From positions 121,706,001-121,770,000 of the forward strand of contig NC_043001.1 in assembly GCF_006345805.1 (NCBI RefSeq): a stretch of DNA of 64,000 nucleotides, given 5' to 3'. Made by a program: the position numbers and the translations under genes. A model generated the notes under the pieces. That model searched no databases, was not told where the DNA came from, and saw only the letters and a list, made by a program, of their open reading frames with translations. Below are positions 63,367-64,000 of the stretch, piece by piece; position 1 is the first letter of the stretch, and each line of letters opens with the position of its first letter. Source of the stretch: Octopus sinensis. Taxonomy: Eukaryota.

Positions 63367-64000
63367 GCTGACATTACTACAACAGCATCGTCACTACTAT
63401 AAACCACTATCATGAATATAATACCACTGTCACTACAACACTGCTGTCACTACTACAATACTACCGTCAGAACTATGATATCACTGCCATTACTATAACA
63501 CCATTGTCAATACTACAACACTACAATACTACAACAACACTGCGGTCATTACTATAATACTACTGTCAAAACTACATCATCACTACTTTAAATCACCATT
63601 ATGAATACAACACCACCGTCAATACTACAACACTGCTGTCACTGTATTACCATTACCATGTCCACAACATCTCCGTCACTTCTATAATGCAGACAGATAA
63701 CATTTTTACAATATCTTCTAAATGATTATTGCAACATCAGTTAATTTTAGAATGCTGTGTATATTATTCTATTCTTTTTATTTTTCCTTTGAACTTTCAC
63801 AATAAAGACGATGCACAGCATAAAGGAACAACTTTATGATATTTTAATCACACAAATTATATTCTCGGTTGTCTGAGGGAACAGGCTGAAGTGACAATTC
63901 TTTATGTGGAAGGCATGCTAGAATGACAATTCTTCAGGTGTAACACACACACACTCTCTCTCTCTCTCTTTTTCTCTCACAGAGGTGAACTTGTTTAATT

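Noticed and set aside
63955-64000. Strong-looking splice acceptor (...tttttctctcacag at 63982)
   Set aside because: The tract is a (CT)n microsatellite and the window ends before any exon can be evaluated.

Overview
Repeat-saturated, AT-rich eukaryotic non-coding DNA. The SINE/LINE complement and very high microsatellite density look like a coleoid cephalopod, most likely Octopus (recognition, not a search result). I find no supportable host protein-coding exon: nearly all ORFs in the track come from microsatellites or repeats. The window contains three tRNA-derived SINE families, many 5'-truncated RTE LINE 3' ends, one 1.35-kb RTE remnant with a PHD-like finger inside ORF2, a decayed CR1-type LINE, two non-autonomous Helitrons, and hAT-, piggyBac- and mariner-like MITEs. 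The most interesting signal is about a dozen minimal type I hammerhead-ribozyme-like motifs from at least six unrelated small repeat families. Several sit in fold-back inverted repeats, and one lies downstream of a tRNA-derived Pol III promoter. They resemble Penelope-like-element pLTR hammerheads or retrozymes and show recurring non-canonical core variants. All folding was done by eye and no activity is demonstrated.
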